From assembly GCF_963921235.1 (NCBI RefSeq), contig NC_086107.1, positions 96,658,001 through 96,722,000 on the forward strand: 64,000 nt of DNA. Reading direction: 5' to 3'. Shown here one piece after another: positions 47,250 to 60,330 of this stretch. A program made the position numbers and the translations under genes. The DNA comes from Mobula hypostoma (taxonomy: Eukaryota). The notes under the pieces were generated by a model. That model ran no database searches, had not been told where the DNA came from, and was given only the letters and a program-made list of their open reading frames with translations. The number at the start of each line of letters is the position of its first letter. Position 1 is the stretch's first letter.

Positions 47250-49950
47250 AGGTGGGCAGTGAAGATGTTTGTCTAAGATTACAATGTGATCTTGATTAAC
47301 TGGGCCAATGGGCCAAGGAATGGCAGATGCAGTTTCATTGAGATTAATGTGAGCTGTTGTATTATGGTAAGATAAACTTGGACAGGTATTACACGCTAGG
47401 AGAGTACTGTAGAATGAAGAGACGTAGAGTTGCAGGTATATAGTTCCTCAAAGTGGCAACACGGGTAGACAGGGTGGCGATAAAGAGGTTTGGCCTGCTT
47501 GCCTTCATTGGTCAGAATGTTTACAGGAGTTGTGATATCATGTTGCGGGGCAGCACTGTCGTGTAGTGGTTAGCACTACGCTTTACAGTACCGGCGACCC
47601 GGGTTCAATTCCCGCCGCTGCCTGTAAGGAGTTTGTACGTTCTCCCTGTGACCACGCGGGTTTCCTCCGGCAGCTCCGGTTTCCTCCCACAGTCCAAAGA
47701 TGTACTGGTTAATTAGTCATTGTAAATTGTCCCGTGATTAGGCTAGGATTAAATTGGGGGATTGCTGGGAGGCGCAGCTTGAAGGGCTGGAAGGGGCTAG
47801 CTCAATAATTAAATAAATAACTAGATGTTACACCTGTACAAGATGTTGGGGGATGGTGTACAGTTCTGTTGGCCCTACCATAGGATGGAGGAGGTATAAA
47901 AAGATTTATGAGGATGTTACCAGCATGGGTAGATATAAGGAGATACTGGGTAGGCTGGGACTTTTTATTCCCTGGAGTTTAGGAGGCTGAAGGGTGGCCT
48001 TATAGAGGTTTATAAAGTCATGAGGGGTGTAGATAAAGTGAGTCGCCAGGTCAAGGGTGTCTAAAACTAGACAGCATAAGCTTAGGGTGTGGGGGAAAAT
48101 GGACCTGAGGGGCAGGGTTTTCACACCGAGCTGGTGAGTGTTCAGAATGCACTGCCAGAGCAAGTGGTGGAGGCATACAGAACTACGACATTCAAAAGGC
48201 ATTTGGACGGTTACACTGATAAGTAAGGTTTAGAGGAATAGGACCCAAACACAGGCAAATCTGACTAGCTCGAGTAGGTAATCTGGTCAGCCAAAGGACC
48301 TCTTTCTCTGTTATATAACTCCATGACTCTACCAATGAATGCTAATCCAAGGGAAGAACTGCAGCAGCACATTTGTCAGTTTTTCTTCTCTGTTTCAATC
48401 AGAATCAGATTTGTTATCACTGACTTATACGAAATTAATAAACAGTCGGCATTTCTTGAGTCCTGATGAAGGGTCTCGGCCCGAACGTCAACTGTTTATT
48501 CATTTCCATAGATGCTGCCTGGCCTGCTGAGTTCCTCCAGCATTTTGCATGTGTTGCTTTGGACTTCCAGCATCTGCAGACTTTCTCATGTTTATTATAT
48601 GAAATTAGTTGTTTTGTGGCAGCAGTACTGTGCAAAGATGTAAAGTGACCATATATTACAAAAATAAAGAGTGCAAAAGGAAGAGTAACGAGATAGTGTG
48701 CACAGATTCAAGGACTGCTGATATATGCAAGAGATTCAGCAGATGTTGGAAATTCAGAGCAACACACACAAAATACTGGAGGAACTCAGCAGATCAGCCA
48801 CAATCGGCAGCATGGTAGTGTAATGGCTAATACAAAGCTTTACAGTACCAGCGACCCGGGTTCAATTCCTGCTGCATGGGTTTCCTCCAGGTGCTCTGGT
48901 TTCCTCCCACAGTCCAAAGATGTACCAGCTGGTCATTGTAAATTGTTACTTGATAAAGGTGTGCTTAAGTCAGGGGTTGCTGGGTGGTGTGGCTTGAAGT
49001 GCTGGAAGGGCCGATTCCACGCTCTATCACAATAAGTAACTACATTTAAAAAAAATATATGGAGGGGAATATATTCAGCTTGGGCTGAGACCCGTCATCA
49101 CTTCTGATGGTGGAGGGGAAGAAGTTCTTGCTTGGCTCTGTCTCTAAGTTCGGAATTTATAGACTCAAGTCCCATTCCCGATTGTGAGGATCATTAGCAG
49201 GTGCAGGAATCACAGAGACTTTGGTAATTCAGACAAAACTAAAAATTTATTAAAGAAAATTAATGAGACAAACTAACAAGAGCTAAGGTAAACCATACAG
49301 GATCTCAGTGAACTGAAGTCACTTCTAATACACAGAAAAATTCGGTCTGAGTTCCACTTGACAAGGAACCACAATGACCCAACAATGAGGGTTTGGTATG
49401 CCTCCCTGAAATACACTCTGGAGCAAGCAGGAATTCCAGACATTGACATTACTGTGCTAATTAAATTAACCGGAATTGAATACAAGTGATAAAAACAAAG
49501 AGTTTAACGATCCCCATGATCCCAAATGAGACACCTGCAAAACAAAGGGAAAAACCAGGGCTAGAGCAAAGACAAACAATTAGACACAATCCATAAGACC
49601 ATACGGTATAGGAGCAGAAGTAGGTCACTTGGCCCATTGAGTCTGCTCCCCCATTCAATCATGGGCTGATCCACTTCATCCAGTCATCCCCACTCCCCTG
49701 CTTTCACCCCATACCCTTTGATGACCTGGCTAATCAAGAACCTATCTATCCCTGCCTTAAATACACCCAATGACTTGACCTCCACAGCTGCCTGGGGCAA
49801 CAACTTCCACAGATTTACCACCCTCTGACTAAAGTAATTTCTCCGCATCTCAGTTCTAAAAGGACGTCCTTCAATCCTGAATCCAAGGACAACACATACC
49901 CACAAGATGACACCAAGGAAAAACAGTCCATATACTAACTGACAAAAAAC

Positions 49951-50045
49951 TGACGAAGGGTCTCGGCCCGAAACGTCAACTGTACCTCTTCCTAGAGATG
50001 CTGTCTGGCCTGCTGCGTTCACCAGCAACTTTGATGTGCGTTGGT
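49951..50045 (+). mobile_element. 95-bp Penelope 3' mini-insertion starting at the hammerhead core
   Basis: Exact 11-bp flanking duplication tgacaaaaaac (49940-49950 and 50046-50056). Confidence 0.8.
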
Positions 50046-52559
50046 TGACAAAAAACTTGTTTTTTTACAAACGATCCCTGGATATGACATTTGATACAGT
50101 ATTTGATTGCAAACATCTAGATTTGCTCTTCACTTCAGTACTGTGGGAATGAGGTCTTTCAACCAAGGTAAAACATTATCTGCTTCCAAAGCCCACATCT
50201 TCACAGTGAATATCATTAGTTACACTCAATCATTTATATAATAAACTATTCTCTTTTCAGTATCCCTCAGTCAACATCATAAACACCCACTACATTGCCA
50301 TTTATGGGAATGTTCTGTGTGCAAATTGACTGTTCTCTTTCCCACATCACAACAGTCAATACATTTGAAGAATGTTATCTGGAAGACCTTAAAGTCAATA
50401 AAAGATCTAAGGTCCTGAAAGATGTTATAAAAACACAATGGATTGTGTGACATGCTCTCTGACCTGTCATAGGACTGAAGAAGGCATGTGGTGTGTTGAC
50501 CTTCATGCTTCAGGGGATTGAGTTAAAGAATGAAGAGGTAATGTTGCAGCTCTGTAAAACCCTGGTTAGACCACACTGGGAATAATATTGTGTTCAGTTC
50601 TGGTCACCTCATCATAGGAAGAATGTGAAAGTTTTAGAGAAGATTTACCAGGCTGCTACCTGGTTTAGAGAGCATGTCTTATGCGGATAAGCTGAGTGAG
50701 CTGGGGCTTTTCTCTCTGGAGCGAAGGAGGACAAGAGGTGATTTGATTGAGGTGTAAAAGACTGAAATGACTAATATGAGGGACACAATTTTAAGGGTAT
50801 TGGAAGTATAGGAGGGATGTCAGAGTTAAGTTTTTTTAATACAAAGAGTGGTTTTCTGCGTGGAATGCCCTGCCAGGGGTGGTGGTAGAGGCAGAGACAT
50901 TAGGGGCATTTAAAAAGCTCTTAACTAGGCACATGGATAATAGAAAAATGCAGGGATGGAGAGCTATGTGGGAGGGAAGGGTTAGATCGAGCTTAGAGTA
51001 GGTTAAAAGGTTGGCACATCATGGGCCAAAAGGTCTCTGCTGTGCTGTAATGTTCAATGATCTATGACGTTCAATTTAAGTCCTAACAAAGGGAGAGACT
51101 TTTAAAAGGAAGATAGCACACTGAATCTGTTCTCTCGGCACATTAACAGCGATGGCACTGACTGCTGGCCATAAACTCCATTTGACTGAGAATCTCAGAG
51201 GGAAATATTTGAAATACTGCAGACAGTGGAAAGATGAAATGAAAAACCAGAGAATTCAGGAAAGTTCCGGTGAGGCAGGGACTGCGAGCAAAGAAATAGA
51301 ACCAACATTCAGACCAAGTTCAGGTTGAAGTTTGTTGGCATTCAATTGTACACAGCTAAATGAAACAACATTACTCTGGGACCCAAGTACAAAACACAGT
51401 ATGTATATCACATACAGCACATAAAATAATATTAGTATTAATTGGAGACCTTTTCGCAGACCAGTTTAAATACTTTAACCTGTTTTTCCTCTCTCCATGG
51501 ATGCTGCCTGACCGGCTGAGTGTTTCAAGTGATTTTTTTTGTTGTACTTCAGATGAAGTAATTTCATGGTTTCTTATCTCAGTCCCTAATGTTTTACACA
51601 ATTGAATGGTGGGAATCGGAACCATTTAGGATGAAATGCAGTTGGACATCCTGTATGGAGCGTTCTTGGCTACCACACCAACCTGACTCTGGAATAAAGC
51701 TGGGCAACTGTTCAAGGTAAAACACTAACAGCTTCCAAAACCTGCCCTATCAGTCTGAACATCATTAGTTATACTCAATCTTTTATATAATGAATTATAT
51801 ATATATATATAATATTTATATGAATGAATGATTGCTAATCACAATCGAATGGAAAAAAAATCTTTCTCTCAAAGCTCTCAGTATCTGAGACGAGAGCCGT
51901 ACATCGTATTAACAAACATCACCGACTAACGGAGTCCCGAGAAAGGGTTTTATGATTATGATTATGATTATGAGGACACGCAGTCCTCTTTTATTGTCAT
52001 TTAGTAATGCATGCATTAAGAAATGATACAATGTTTTTCCAGAATGATATCACGGAAACATATGACAAACCGACTTAAAAAACTAACAAAACCCACATAA
52101 TTATAACATATAGTTACAACAGTGCAAAGCAATACCTTAATTTGATAAGAACAGACCATGGCACGGTAAAAGTTTCAAAGTCTCTCGAAAGTCCCATCAT
52201 CTCACGCAGACGGTAAACCTCCAGCGCCGCCAGCTTGCCGATGCAGCATACTGGAAGCATCCGACCACGTTTTGCGACATGAATCTGTTCAATTCCCTCC
52301 ACAGATGCTGCCCGACCCGCTGTGTACTAACGGTTAAAGCAGCTCTGGGGTTTTAAGATTCCACGTTTACTGACGACGGAGCAAATTCCTACATTAAAAA
52401 AATAGAATTGGAATTTAGCTCCATGCAAATGAAAGTTCGATATGGAGAGGTTTAATACGATGTGATTTAATCTCATATAATTTCTAATGAAATGTCTGTC
52501 ACGATTTGACGAGTTTTTTTCTGCCGCACTGCAAATGACTAGCTTTTACATTTGGGTGA

Positions 52560-52900
52560 TTTTTTTTTGAGCCGCTCACTCGGTTACCTTGAGTTTTCCA
52601 CAGAGTCGCCGAGGCCGGCAGGAAGGGTGAGCGGAGGACGAGTGAAGTGCCCGAACGCACTGCCCGCGGCACCGGGTATCCGGAGTCGGACCTACCCCTT
52701 CTGCACGCTAGTTCCGCGCCTTCCTCTCCGAGCCGTGCGATTAGTAAAGCCCACAGCTCTCTGGGGAGAAACGACCGAAAGAATTCAGTGTTCCGAAGGC
52801 AGGTGCTCACCTGTCAACATCCCGCCGGAGGACACGCGGAGCCCGCCGCGTTCTCCTGCCTTCTGGGTGGGGCATAAAGACGGCCCACCTTGGTGCTGAG
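52560..52900. promoter_or_regulatory. CpG-rich island, candidate promoter or first exon
   Basis: Visibly dense, unrepeated CpG content in an otherwise CpG-depleted background, with splice-like sites on both strands. Confidence 0.4.
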
Positions 52901-55900
52901 TGTCTCCGGAAAAAAAAAGTCTCAGCACGGACACCAAAGAGGTGTATCGGAACGGCTGGGAACCACAGGGAATCAATTACATCTGGATTTGGATGGGAAC
53001 ATTTAAATTATACTTAATAGCCAATAGGCTGGTCCTGGACTTATTTCCACCTGGCATAATTTACATATTATTATTTAATCATTTATGGTTTTATATTGCT
53101 ATATTTATACTCTATTCCTGGTTGTTGCAACTGTAACGAAACCCAATTTCCCTCGGGATCAATAAAGTATGTCTATCTATTATCTATATTTATCTATTGT
53201 AGTTTGCAGTAACGTAGTTCTGTAGTACTTGTAATAAACTTGTCTATTGTAAAGCAATCGATTGGCGATCGATGATGTTGATACACGCCTCTTTGTGTCT
53301 GATACTGACAGCCTTGAGATTAATGTATTGATAAATCATTTACTCTTTCGATCATAATTAGTAATCATCCATTCGCACAACTCTCTCCCAAAAGAAAACA
53401 AACATTGAGTATGGGGCGGGGGGGGAGACTGCACAGAGTCGAAATAAGCTGCAGAAAGTTGTAAATTTAGTTAGCACCAGCCTCGGTAGTTATCAGGACA
53501 TCTTCAAGGATCCATGCCTCAAAAAGGTGGCGTCCAGCACTAAGGACCCCCATCACCCAGGACATGCCCTCTTCTCATTGCTACCATCAGGGAGGAGGTA
53601 CAGAAGCCTGAAGATACTCACTGATTCAGGAACAGCTTTTCCCCCTCTGCCATCGGTTTCTGAATGGACATTGAACCTACGGACACTAACAAACACTTGT
53701 TTCCATTTTGCGCTACGTGTTCAATTTAACCATTATATAGATATTTCACATATTTTCTATATTGTTATGTATTACGTTGCACTGCTGCCGCAAAGACAAC
53801 AAGTTTCACGGCATATGCCGCTGATGTTAAACCTGATTCTGATTATGGCAGGCAGAGAGACGACGGACGGGAATCGCGGTGCGTCTTTGTGTCGAAGTTC
53901 AAACTCTTCTCCCGGTTAGAAATCTGCCCTTTGGTCGACCTCGAACGATTGCACAAGTTATTTTGCAGCGTCGCATTGACTTTGGAGAGGAAATGGGTTG
54001 TTTTTTAATGGCACTTGGAAGATCCATGGTCAGCTTGGAATTTCCGTAGAGTGAGACAACAACTGGGAAAGTAGACCACCGTCGAGAAGACGATTCCGCC
54101 CCCCCCCCCCATCAGCAGTCTTCTGATCTTTTGGAACACTTTTCCTGGCGAACTTTCTATTTTCAGTTACAAACTACATTTAAGATTACCGTTGATACAT
54201 TTTTGGAGCACTAGTACGTACATGGGAAAGGGAAACAGCGTGGGAATGTGGAGCCGATGAGGAATTTATGTTCATGAATGCGCCGATGCGCAGTTGCCAT
54301 ACGCCGATACTTCCCAATACAATCGATGTTATTGACTCTAACATTATTTGAAATTATTTAATATTCTATTTAATTCCAGTATATCACATAAAATCTAGGA
54401 TTCGGAAAGCAAAAGGAAACAGCGTGAAGGTTAGCATAAGGGTATGAGTACTATAGGGTTACGGTAGTTAACAGTTAACTTGCTGAATCAGCAGCCGGAG
54501 ATCTGGGTCACCGATTCAGAGACGGGGATACCAATCATAACACGGCTACTCGGGAAGCAATTATATGAAACTCTGGAATAAAAAATGTCATTTCGTGCAA
54601 CAGTGACCATGAAAATCGCTGACTGCCAAAAGAATCTGTCTGATTCACTTATAGACCAGAAAGGAGTATCTTAAGCGAGGTGATAAGATAAGACGTTATT
54701 GAAAATTGAGGTATGGAGGAATTTCTTCTGGCATAGGGCAGCGAATCTCTGAGATATCTCCAAAGGATTTAATGACATTTAAAAAATTCTCCTCAACCAG
54801 CTGCAGCACAGACACCTAGGCAACTTTGAAGATAATTGTTACAACATAGAATATGTATTGAAAGGCCCAGACAGAATGGATATGGGTATTTTCAACAATG
54901 GTAGAGTTTAGGACCAGAGGGCACAGCCTCAGAAGGGCACCCTTTAGAACAGAGATGAAGAGGAATTTCTTTCAGAAGAGGGTGGCAAATCTGTGGAATT
55001 CATCGCTACAGGTGACTGTGGAGGCAAAGTCATTGGGTACATGTAAAGTGGATGTTGACAAGCTCTTCGTTAGTAAGGGTGTCAAAGGGGAAGAATTGAG
55101 TTGAGAGAAAAATAAATTTTCCTTCTCAACCCCACCATGATTGAATGGTGGAGCAGATTTAATGGGCCAAATGGCCTAATTCTGCTCCTATGTCTTATGG
55201 TCTTTTGGTCCTTGAGCCTGGAGTTAGGTGGTTTCAGGGCTTTGTATCTTCCGCCCAGTGGGAGAGGGGCAAAGAGAGAACTGAATGGGTTTTTAATTAT
55301 GATGGCTACCTTACCAGAACAGGGAAAAGTACAGAGTCTATAGAGTGGGGGTTGGTTTCTATGATGTGCTGACCTGTGTCCTCAACTCTCTGCTTAACAC
55401 TGTGCAATGGAGAACCAGGAGACTTCCAGCCAGGCATCACAGTTTAGCTACTGTCATGAATTAACCATAGGATAAACGATGAATTAACATAAAGCAATCA
55501 TGAAGAAGGCACACCAGAGGCTAAACTTCATTGGGAGTTTAAGGAGATTTGGTATGCACCAAGGACTCTAGCAAATTACTACGAATGTTACTATGGAGAG
55601 CATTTTGAGGCTGCATTGCTTCTGGTTATGGAGGGTCCAATGTACAGGATCAGGAAAAGAAACTGGAGAGTGTGGTAAAACCGGCTAGCACTAGTTCCAC
55701 AGCATCGAGGACATTTTCAAAAGGTGATGCCCCAGAAAGGCAGCATTCATCATGAAGCAACACACACAAAACACTGGAGGAACTCAGCAGGCCAGGCAGC
55801 ATCTATGGAAAAGAATAAACAGTCGATGCTTCAGGCTGAGACCCTTCATCATGACATCCATCATGAAGGAACCTTACCACCCAGGACGTGCCCTCTTCTC

Positions 55901-56659
55901 CTTGCTACATAAGAACATAAGAAATAGGAGCAGGAGTCGGCCATCTGGCCCATCGAGCCTGCTCCGCCATTCAATAAGACCATGGCTGACCTGGCCATGG
56001 ACTCATCTCCACCTACCTGCCTTTCCCCATAAGCCTGAATTCCCCTACTATGCAAAAATCTATCCAATCTTGTCTTAAATATATTTGCTGAGGTAGCCTC
56101 CATTGCTTCATTGGGCAGAGAATTCCGCAGATTCACCACGCTCTGGGGAAAGCCGTTCCTCCTCAGCTCTATCCTAAATCTACTCCCCCGAATCTTGAGG
56201 CTATGTTCCCTAGTTCTAGTCTCACCTACCAGTGGAAACAACTTTCTTGCCTGTATCTTATGTATCCCTTTCATAAGTTTTAATGGGCATCCGTTGGTCT
56301 CATGAGACCATGGATTTGCGCCTTGGAAAGTTTCCAGGGCGAAGGCCTGGGCAAGGTTGTATGGAAGACCAGCAGTTGCCCATGCTGCAAGTCTCCCCTC
56401 TTGACACTACCAATGTTGTCCAAGGGAAGGGCATTAGGACCCATACAGCTTGGCACCAGTGTCGTCGCAGAGCAATGCGTGATTAAGTGCCTTGCTCAAG
56501 GACACACACGCTACCTCAGCCAAGGCTCGAACTAGTGACCCTCAGATCACTAGACTACCGCCTTAACCACTTGGCCACACGCCAACACTTCATAATTTTA
56601 TATGTTTTCTATAAGCATTGAGGAGGGGGTACAGGAGATGCACACTCAACATTTTAGGA

Positions 56660-57110
56660 ACAATTTCTTCCCATCTCACAGAGAAAGGTTGAACAAGTTA
56701 GGTCTTTATTCTTTGGAGCATAGAAGGTTGAGGGGGGACTTGATAGAGGTGTTTAAAATTATGAGGGGGATTGATAGAGTTGACGTGGATAGGCTTTTTC
56801 CATTGAGAGTAGGGGAAATTCAAACAAGAGGACATGAGTTGAGAGTTAAAGGACAAAAGTTTAGGGGTAACATGAGGGGGAACTTCTTTACTCAGAGAGT
56901 GGTAGCTGTGTGGAACGAGCTTCCAGCAGAAGTGATTGAGGTGGGTGTGATGTTGTCATTTACAGTTAAATTGGATAGATATATGGATAGGAAAGGAATT
57001 GAGGGTTATGGGCTGAGTGCAGGTTGGTGGGACTAGGTGAGAGTAAGAGTTCGGCACGGACTAGAAGGGCCGAGATGGCCTGTTTCCGTGCTGTAATTGT
57101 TATATGGTTA
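56660..57110 (+). mobile_element. CR1 LINE 3' fragment
   Basis: Peptide LYSLEHRRLRGDLIEVFKIMRG...FFTQRVVAVWNELP and a 3' UTR. Similar fragments occur at about 47240-48330, 50450-51060, 54880-55200, 55905-56280, 57330-58230, 61235-61625 (-), 61820-62400 (-) and 63620-63980 (-). Confidence 0.85.
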
Positions 57111-58258
57111 TATGTACCATCAGATATCTGAGCGGTCCATGAACTCGTGAACACTACCTCACATCTGCACTATTTATTTTTAAATATTTCTTATTGTAAC
57201 TTTTATTTAGTGTTTTATGTATTGCACTGTACTGTTGTGCAGAACAACACCATTTCACGGCATATATCAGTGATCATAAACCTGATTCTGACTCTGATAT
57301 AACTATGTAAATTAGTGGATGATATGAGAATTGGTGGTGTTCTGGCTGTAGCACGATAAAAATCAGATGCAAAGCTGGGTAGATCCAATTTAATCCTGAC
57401 AAGTACAAGGTGATGGACTTTGAGTAGTCAAATGGAGGTGGGAGATGTACAGTAAGACATTGAGGAATGTTAATGGTCAGAGCGTTCATGGGTTCCAATC
57501 CATAGCGGCAACACAGGTAGATAGGGTGGAGATGAAGGCATGTGGCATTCTTGCCTTCGTAGGTCAGAGCATAGAATACAGAAGCTAGGATGTTATGTTG
57601 CATCTTCATAAAATCACCAGTTCCATGACACTTGGAGTGTTGTGTGCAGTTCTGGGCACCATAATAACAGAAGAATGTGGTTGTGCTGGAGAGAGTGTAG
57701 ATGAGATTCACTGATTGTTGGCTGGATTAGAGAACTTCAGCTGCTATAACAAATGGGATAGGCTGGTCTTGTTTTCCTTGGAGTAAATGAAGATGAGGAG
57801 TGACCTCATAGAAATATATAAAATAATAACAGGCATCGATAGAGTAGATAGCCAGAACTTTAGCACCATGCCAGGCTATCAAAAGCAAGTTTGGGGTAAA
57901 ACAAAGGAGTTTTAAGTGATTAAGGTTACGTTTTTTTTTAACACGGAGAAGGGATAGAATGAGTAATATAACATGTAAACAGGCCCTTCAGCCCAACTCA
58001 CCCCTGCTGATTGTGTTGCCCAGCAACTAGTCCCTTCCGCCTGCATTTGCCTGTGAGAGTGGTTGATATCTGGAATGCACTGCCAGGGGAGGTGGTGAAA
58101 TCAGATACAATCAATATGCTTAAGGGGGAAATGCTTAGGATATGATCCTCATGTGGGAAAAGGGGTTTAGTGTAATTGGGCAAGTATGCACAATGTGGGC
58201 AGAAGGGCTGTTTGTGTGCTGCACAAGTCCATAAACATAAATTAACAACATTGTAAGT

Positions 58259-58665
58259 ATTTCACCCTCCAAGAGGACCACGACCTTGTTGTGGTTTGGA
58301 GGCTTGCGTGCGTCAATGACCCGGAGAGCGATGTTGGCTGGAGTCAGGGCTTTATGCTTTGACTCTTGGTAGGGTCACCCATGCCAAACAGGTCAAAGGG
58401 TAGAGGTCAGACAAAGAGTGGTCCACTGGTCCTCCAGGTTCAGGGGGGGTCAGCTCAGGGCTACCGACCCTGACGGGTCAAACAAAATTATTATGGAAAC
58501 AGCAATGAAGAATCCTTCTACATCTGAGTGTGGCGGTATTCCTGAATCACCACCAGGGACTTGCATGACTGGCAGTAGTGAAAACCCGAAAGAAGGTTCT
58601 GACATGATGAAAGAGGCCCTGAACACTGCCAGAGATGGAGGAGCATCATTGCTGCTCTAAATGCC
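58259..58665 (+). mobile_element. Probable RTE-clade LINE 5' region
   Basis: Pattern gaccccgagagc...ggtagggtcacccatgcc..acaggtc...gtccactggtcctccagg resembles RTE 5' UTRs as I recall them; not searched. Confidence 0.45.
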
Positions 58666-59821
58666 AGCCTTGTAGCTTGGAAAAATAATGATTCAGCTCA
58701 ACAAATGCATGGGAACAAACTCTGAAATCTGGTTGCTTGCCACCACTCCCAGCTGAGGTAAAACAGAACTCTGAACACGAGTTGGCTCAGGACCTCACAC
58801 ACAAAATGCCAGAGGAACTCAGCAGGCCAGGCAGCATCTATGGAAAAGAGTATTGTCGACGTTTTGGGCAGAAACCCTTCATCTGCAGATTTTCTCTTGT
58901 TTGTGACCTGACATTTTTGTCCTCAGTCTTCTTGTTGAAGACTAACTTCAAGTTGTGCAGTTGGAACACTTGGTATGTAGGTACTTTTTCAGGATATATT
59001 TATAGAATGAATTTATCATCATCTGTACAGTCTTCAATGGACAGTTTTATTGCTTATCAAACTCTGCAACTTATAATTCAGAATGATACCTTTGTTAGAA
59101 TTGCTTCAAAGACTGGTTACTATTATACTTTGCTGTAAGAATTCATTTTATTATGCAGCCTGCAAATTAATTAAGCTTGTGTCATCATTCACTGAGATGC
59201 TTTTCCTCTTTTTTTTTGAGGGGCGGGGAAGACCAAAACCAAGAGGGGATATGTTTAAGGTGAGAAGAAGGGATTTGAGGGTAGTTTTTTTTTAACACAG
59301 AGATGATTGATATCTGGATTGGCCCGGCAGAGGAAGTAATGGAATGAGATACGATTACAATGTTTAACATTGAGATAGATATTTAAACAGGCCAGTCATA
59401 GAAGGATATGAACCTCATGCAGGCAAGTAGGATTAATGTAGATGGGCAAGAACGTCAGTATGAACTTTGACCCACAATGTTGTGTCAAACTTTTAGCTTA
59501 CTCTAACCTTCCCTCCCACACAGCCCTCAATTTTTCTATCATCCATGTGCCTATCTAAGAGTTTCTTAGATGTTCCCAATGTATCTGTCTCTCCACCACC
59601 CCTGGCAGCATGTTCCACTCACTCACCACCCTCAGTGTTAAAAAAAAACTTACCTCGACATGTCCCCTCCAATTGCCTTAAAATTATGCCCTCATTTACG
59701 TCCTGGGAGAAAGGTCACTGGTTTTCCACTTGTGTAATTTCGTTCACCTCTATCAAGACATTATTTTTATTTAGTAACTTTATATCTTTGTTCTGTAACC
59801 ACTGCTGGAAAGCAATAAATT

Positions 59822-60330
59822 TCATGTCATATGTTGTTGTTGTTCGTCCATCGTTGACGTCGAAGAGGACCTCGACACCATTACGATGGTGTCGAGACTA
59901 GCGCGTGATTTGGATTTAAATGAGGGAGAGTTGCGCAGCGTCAGCCTCACCCTCTCTTCCCAATTCCCATCTGGATCCAGTGGCAAGACAGAGTCTAGAC
60001 GGCTGGAGATGGGACTAGGCGCAGTGGATGACCAGGACGTCTTCTGTGTCTTGTCCTGCTCTACACATTCCATGACGCTTGCAGAGACCGCCTTCTTGAT
60101 CATTGGACCTTCCATTGGTCTCGTCCGCTCAATCCACCGGAGTCTGTCTTCACAAGCTGGGATAGACAACTCCCTATCTCACCGAGGGTTTGAGACCCGT
60201 CAGCTACCCTCACCTGGTTTAGCCGGCTTGTCGAAGCTGTTGCCCGGGGTGTGGCCGCTGTTGCATGCAAACAGCTACGGAGAGCCACAGGTGAGAGCTG
60301 AGTGCCAGGTGGGGACCAAAGGTGTCATAT
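59822..60330 (-). mobile_element. RTE-clade LINE 3' end
   Basis: (CAA)n-type tail and a 3' UTR resembling RTE/BovB-like elements (ccactgcgcctagtccc.tctccagccgtc...gagagggtgaggctgacg). Confidence 0.55.

Noticed and set aside
52761-52810. Intron between two minus-strand exon-like blocks in the CpG island
   Set aside because: At only 50 nt it is shorter than typical vertebrate spliceosomal introns, so the two-exon model is unsupported.
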